DNA of 64,000 nucleotides from an uncultured Pelagibacteraceae bacterium (GTDB lineage Bacteria; Pseudomonadota; Alphaproteobacteria; Pelagibacterales; Pelagibacteraceae): NCBI GenBank assembly GCA_902623075.1, contig CACNSD010000005.1, positions 17,093 to 81,092 of the forward strand, read 5' to 3'. Shown piece by piece: positions 59,877 to 64,000 of this stretch (position 1 is its first letter; each line of letters starts with the position of its first letter). The notes under the pieces were generated by a model. It saw only the letters and a program-made list of their open reading frames with translations, ran no database searches and was not told where the DNA came from. The position numbers and the translations under genes were made by a program.

Positions 59877-60655
59877 TAAATAAAACAGCTATAATTGATC
59901 CAAAAGCTAAGATTTCTAAAAATGTAAAAATTGGTCCTTATACTGTTGTTGGTCCAAATGTTGAAATAGATGAAGAAACAGAAATTCAATCTCACGTAAA
60001 TATTACGGGGAATACTAAAATTGGAAAAAATAATAAAATTTATCCTTTTGTTTCAATAGGTAATGATCCACAAGATTTAAAATTTCAAGGCGAAGAAACA
60101 AAACTAGAAATTGGCGATAATAATAAAATTAGAGAATACGTTACTATAAACCCAGGAACAAAAGGGGGTGGTGGGATAACAAAAGTTGGAAGTAATTGTT
60201 TGTTTATGGTTTCAGCTCATATTGCTCATGATTGTATAGTAGGAAATAATGTGATTTTAGCCAACAATGTACCACTTGGAGGTCATGCTTATATAGGTGA
60301 TAATGCCATTATTGGAGGTAATTCTGCTGTTCAACAATTCACAAGGGTAGGTAAGTCAGCAATGATAGGTGGAATGTGCGGTGTGGTAAGAGATGTAATT
60401 CCATACGGTATAGCGCACGGCAATAGAAGTGTTTTACAAGGGTTGAATTTGATAGGTTTAAGAAGAAAAAATATTCCCAATAAAGAAATAATGATTTTAA
60501 GTGAGGCTTATAAAGAGATTTTTAAAAATGAAAATTTAACAGAAAATTTGAGCAATTTATCAAAAGATTTTCTAAAAAATTCTTTAGTTGTAGAAGTTGT
60601 TGAATTTATAGAAAAGGATAAAAAAAGACCAATTTGCACTCCATTTTCAAAATAA
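59873..60655 (+). CDS. lpxA: Acyl-ACP--UDP-N-acetylglucosamine O-acyltransferase
   Basis: [25 protein letters not shown] hexapeptide repeats, HIAHDC, and [10 protein letters not shown]. Confidence 0.93.
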
Positions 60656-60656
60656 G

Positions 60657-61442
60657 ATGATAGGTTTATTTTTAGGTGACACTGATTTTTCAGAAATAGT
60701 TCTTAATAAAATAAAAAAAAAGAAAATAAAATATTTCATCATAGATTTTTCAAAAAATAATAGATTCAATAAAGACAAACATTCCTTCAGAGTAAGCATT
60801 GGAAAGTTTGGTACAATTATTAATTTAATTAAACAAAAGAAATGTAAAAAAGTTTTATTTGCAGGTAAGATAGCAAAACCAAATTTTTCTTCCTTAAGAT
60901 TAGATTTTAAGGGAATTTATTACATGCCAAGTGTAATCAGAGCAGCTAAAATAGGTGATGCAGCTATAATCAAATCAATAATAAAAATTTTGAATAATGA
61001 GGGAATAAAAGTCATTAGCTCTATATTTTTTAATCCAGAACTATCTTTAAAGAAAGGAAATTACACCAAACTAAAACCTAATAAACAAGATTTAATATCA
61101 ATTAAAAAAGGAAAAATTTTTTTTAATAAAACCAAAAGTTTAGACCATATTCAAGCTTTAGTAGTAAAAAGAGATAAAATTTTGGCAAAGGAAGGAAAAG
61201 ACGGTACAAAAAAAATGCTATCAAAATTAAAGAAGAAAACAGATGGTATTTTAATTAAATTACCCAAAAAGAGACAAGATTTAAGAATGGATTTACCAAC
61301 AATTGGTTTACAAACACTTAAGGATGTTAAGAAATACGGTTTAAAAGGTGTTGTATTACAATCTAAAAAAAATATTTTTCTTGATAAGGTTCAATGTATT
61401 AAATTTGCAAATAAAAATAAGATTTTTATTAATATTATATGA
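60657..61442 (+). CDS. lpxI: UDP-2,3-diacylglucosamine diphosphatase LpxI (DUF1009)
   Basis: 261 aa. LFAGKIAKPNF, GDAAIIKSII and QDLRMDLPTIGLQTL. Sits in the canonical alphaproteobacterial slot between lpxA and lpxB. Confidence 0.8.
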   Translation: MIGLFLGDTDFSEIVLNKIKKKKIKYFIIDFSKNNRFNKDKHSFRVSIGKFGTIINLIKQKKCKKVLFAGKIAKPNFSSLRLDFKGIYYMPSVIRAAKIGDAAIIKSIIKILNNEGIKVISSIFFNPELSLKKGNYTKLKPNKQDLISIKKGKIFFNKTKSLDHIQALVVKRDKILAKEGKDGTKKMLSKLKKKTDGILIKLPKKRQDLRMDLPTIGLQTLKDVKKYGLKGVVLQSKKNIFLDKVQCIKFANKNKIFINII

Positions 61443-62569
61443 AAAAAATATTCATTCTTACCGGTGAGCCATCAGGAGATAAATTAGCTTCAACAGTCAT
61501 TTCAAAGCTAAAATCTCAAAATCCCGATATTGAATATTTATCTGTTGGAGGGGATCATTTAAAAAATTTAGGTATTAAATCTATTTTCAATTTAAATGAA
61601 ATTACTTATCTAGGTTTTACGAGTATTTTGTTAAATATATTTAAAATTAGAAATAAAATTAACCTAACTGTTAATGAAATAATAAAATTTAATCCTGATA
61701 TACTATTTTCAGTTGATAGCCCTGATTTTACTATGAGAGTAGCTGAGAAAGTTAAAAAAATTAACAATAATATCAAAACAATTCATTATGTTGCTCCTCA
61801 AGTTTGGATATGGAGAAAAAATAGAGTAAAAAAAATTAAAAAATTTATTGATCATATTCTTTTATTATTTGACTTCGAAAAAAAATATTTTGATGAAGAA
61901 AATATAAATAATACATTTGTTGGACATCCTTTAATTGAAAAAACAGACAGTATTACAAAATTAGGAAATGTAATGACTAAATATAAGAATGTTATTTCAA
62001 TTTTTCCTGGAAGTAGAAAATCTGAGATAGATGTTCTTTTACCAATTCTTTTTAATTTTATAAAAAAAATGAATAACAATAATCATAATTATGATTTTTT
62101 TATACATACTAATGAAGATAATATTAATTATATACATAATAAAGTTGAGGAAATTAAAATAAAAAATGTTGAGGTCATTTTTGACGAAGATATTAAAGAA
62201 CAAGTTTTATTAAACTCAGTTTTTGCTGTTTGTAAATCCGGTACTGTTTCTTTACAGGTTTCAAATTCAAAAGTTCCTTCTATCATCATTTATAAATTAA
62301 GTTTTGTAAATTTTATGATTTTTAAAATGTTAGTGAATGTAAAATTTGCAAATATTATAAATATAATTAATAAGCGGGAGGTAATTCCAGAATTACTACA
62401 GGATGAATGTAATGCAGATGAAATTTATAAATCTGTGATTTATATGTTAAAACATCCTGATCTTATCGAAAAACAATTAAACGTATGTTCAAAAACATTA
62501 GAAGGTATTAAATCTAAAACTTCATCTTCTGAGGAGGCTTGTTTAGTTTTAAGAAATTATCTTAGCTAG
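61439..62569 (+). CDS. lpxB: Lipid-A-disaccharide synthase
   Basis: IFILTGEPSGDKLAS N-terminus, VDSPDFTMRVA, YVAPQVWIWRKNR and FPGSRKSEI. Confidence 0.92.
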   Translation: MKKIFILTGEPSGDKLASTVISKLKSQNPDIEYLSVGGDHLKNLGIKSIFNLNEITYLGFTSILLNIFKIRNKINLTVNEIIKFNPDILFSVDSPDFTMRVAEKVKKINNNIKTIHYVAPQVWIWRKNRVKKIKKFIDHILLLFDFEKKYFDEENINNTFVGHPLIEKTDSITKLGNVMTKYKNVISIFPGSRKSEIDVLLPILFNFIKKMNNNNHNYDFFIHTNEDNINYIHNKVEEIKIKNVEVIFDEDIKEQVLLNSVFAVCKSGTVSLQVSNSKVPSIIIYKLSFVNFMIFKMLVNVKFANIINIINKREVIPELLQDECNADEIYKSVIYMLKHPDLIEKQLNVCSKTLEGIKSKTSSSEEACLVLRNYLS

Positions 62570-63949
62570 TCTATTTAAAACTTCTTCTTTACCAAGAGCT
62601 ATAACTATATCATATAATCCAGGGCCAAATTTTGATCCTGTTAAACCAATCCGTATAGGCTGACCGACTCCTTTAAAATTTGTATCATTTGTTTTTATTA
62701 AATTATTTACTAAAGGCTCTAAATTCTCCCTATTTATATCTGAAATAGATGATAATTCTTTAATAAATTCTGAAATAATTTTTTTAGCTTTATCATCAAT
62801 CAATTTAAAATCATCCTCATTGTAGTTAATTTCATCATTGATAATAAATTTTGCATTATTATAAATGTCTTCTAAGGTTTTTGCCTTATTTTTTAAAAAT
62901 GATAACGATGATTTAACTTTTGGCTCTCTTTCATCTTGAATTTTTTCTTTATAGATTTCACAATATTCATCTAGACATTGATAAAGATCGTTCTCATCGA
63001 TTGTTTTTATATAGTGTTCATTCATCGATAATATTCTACTCATATCTAGTTTTGATGGCGATTTACCAATACCTTCTAAATTAAAGTGTTCAATGCTCTC
63101 TTCCAGAGTAAATATCTCTTTATCTTGATATGACCATCCTAGTCTAAGCAAATAATTTCTTAACGCATCAGGCATTATGCCTATTTTTGAGTAATCATCC
63201 AAAGTTGAGGCATTATCTCTTTTTGAAAGTTTTTTACCTTCAATAGTATGAATTAATGGAATATGTGCAAATTCAGGAACATCCCATCCCATTGCTTGGT
63301 ATATTTGTATTTGTTTAAAAGTATTTATCTTATGATCATCTCCTCTAATTATGTGAGTCATTCCCATTTGATGATCGTCAACAGTTGCAGACAAGTTGTA
63401 AGTTGGTGTTCCATCATTTCTTAAAATTACAAAGTCTTCTATTGTATTATTTTCTATTTCCACGTCTCCTTGAACTAAATCTTTAAGTTTAGAATTTCCT
63501 TCTGTTTTACTTTTAAATCTAATTACGGGTTTAATACCTTTAGGAGCATCTTTTTCATCAGCATCTCTCCATTTTCTATTATAGATGTATGGCAATTTTT
63601 TTTGCCTAGCTCTTTTTTTTTGTTCTTCTATTTCTTCAGCAGAACAGTAGCATTTATATGCGCTACCTTTTTTTAATAATTCATTAGCAATTTTAATGTG
63701 ATCTTCTACTTTTTGTGACTGAATATATTCTTCACCATCATGCTCAATGCCTATCCACTTTAACGATTTAATAATTTGTATTTTGTGTTTCTCTTTAGAT
63801 CTCTCTTTGTCAGTATCCTCAATTCTAAGATGAAAAGTTCCTTTTTGATTTTTAGAGAACAACCAATTAAATAAGGCAGTTCTAACCCCTCCAATATGAA
63901 GAGCCCCAGTTGGAGATGGAGCAAAACGTGTTGCTACTTTTGACATCAA
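62549..63949 (-). CDS. gltX: Glutamate--tRNA ligase
   Basis: RFAPSPTGALHIGGVRTALFNW (HIGH-type) and KLSKR (KMSKS-type). The start may be the second ATG at 63946. The 3' end overlaps lpxB by 21 nt. Confidence 0.95.
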   Translation of the reverse strand: MMSKVATRFAPSPTGALHIGGVRTALFNWLFSKNQKGTFHLRIEDTDKERSKEKHKIQIIKSLKWIGIEHDGEEYIQSQKVEDHIKIANELLKKGSAYKCYCSAEEIEEQKKRARQKKLPYIYNRKWRDADEKDAPKGIKPVIRFKSKTEGNSKLKDLVQGDVEIENNTIEDFVILRNDGTPTYNLSATVDDHQMGMTHIIRGDDHKINTFKQIQIYQAMGWDVPEFAHIPLIHTIEGKKLSKRDNASTLDDYSKIGIMPDALRNYLLRLGWSYQDKEIFTLEESIEHFNLEGIGKSPSKLDMSRILSMNEHYIKTIDENDLYQCLDEYCEIYKEKIQDEREPKVKSSLSFLKNKAKTLEDIYNNAKFIINDEINYNEDDFKLIDDKAKKIISEFIKELSSISDINRENLEPLVNNLIKTNDTNFKGVGQPIRIGLTGSKFGPGLYDIVIALGKEEVLNRLAKIIS

Positions 63950-64000
63950 TGTTGTTTAGACTATTTTTTTAGAAGTTTCTATATAAAGATACCAAAACTC

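Noticed and set aside
1..64000. CRISPR arrays, transposases/integrases, prophage genes, toxin-antitoxin pairs and known defence modules.
   Set aside because: I saw no regularly spaced repeats and no recombinase, nuclease-helicase or large orphan ATPase ORFs. Outside 1-20434, every sizeable ORF is a recognisable housekeeping gene. The only repeat found is the 156-nt-period DUF5989 duplication.

Overview
This is a strongly AT-rich (roughly 30% G+C by eye, not computed), extremely gene-dense bacterial chromosome segment. Gene content and order match a streamlined free-living alphaproteobacterium, most like SAR11/Pelagibacterales. That assignment is inferred from composition and synteny, not from a database search. 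The window has three parts. (1) nt 1-7703 is a + strand, translationally coupled accessory cluster. It holds an SGNH-like protein (5' partial), an SxtJ-family membrane protein, a NodU/CmcH carbamoyltransferase and a SAM methyltransferase. It also holds a His-motif polytopic membrane protein, a second SGNH-like protein, an FAD oxidoreductase, and three 49-aa DUF5989-like ORFs that fall below the ORF-track cutoff. This is my best candidate for an uncharacterised system: a membrane-associated carbamoylation/methylation module of unknown substrate. (2) nt 7700-20434 holds metabolic and transport genes. On the - strand is a GMC oxidoreductase-TerC-SDR-M23 peptidase operon. A divergent TRAP transporter has an internal terminator after the binding-protein gene. 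Also here are an NCS1 permease, a Zn-ADH, a DUF3047-like protein, ybgC, a family-5 UDG, a histidine phosphatase and several small ORFs. (3) nt 20536-62569 is a 42-kb block entirely on the + strand. It runs tRNA-Leu, tig-clpP-clpX-lon, tRNA-Val, tRNA-Asp, nuoA-N, birA-coaX-rnj-DUF1467-proS-lolC-lolD-dnaE, then rpsB-tsf-frr-uppS-cdsA-dxr-bamA-skp-fabZ-lpxD-lpxA-lpxI-lpxB, followed by convergent gltX. Genes expected from conserved alphaproteobacterial synteny are absent at their usual junctions: hupB after lon, pyrH between tsf and frr, and rseP between dxr and bamA. Other streamlining signs are a 178-aa minimal BirA and convergent genes whose 3' ends overlap. I saw no rRNA, CRISPR array, transposase, integrase or recognisable defence gene.
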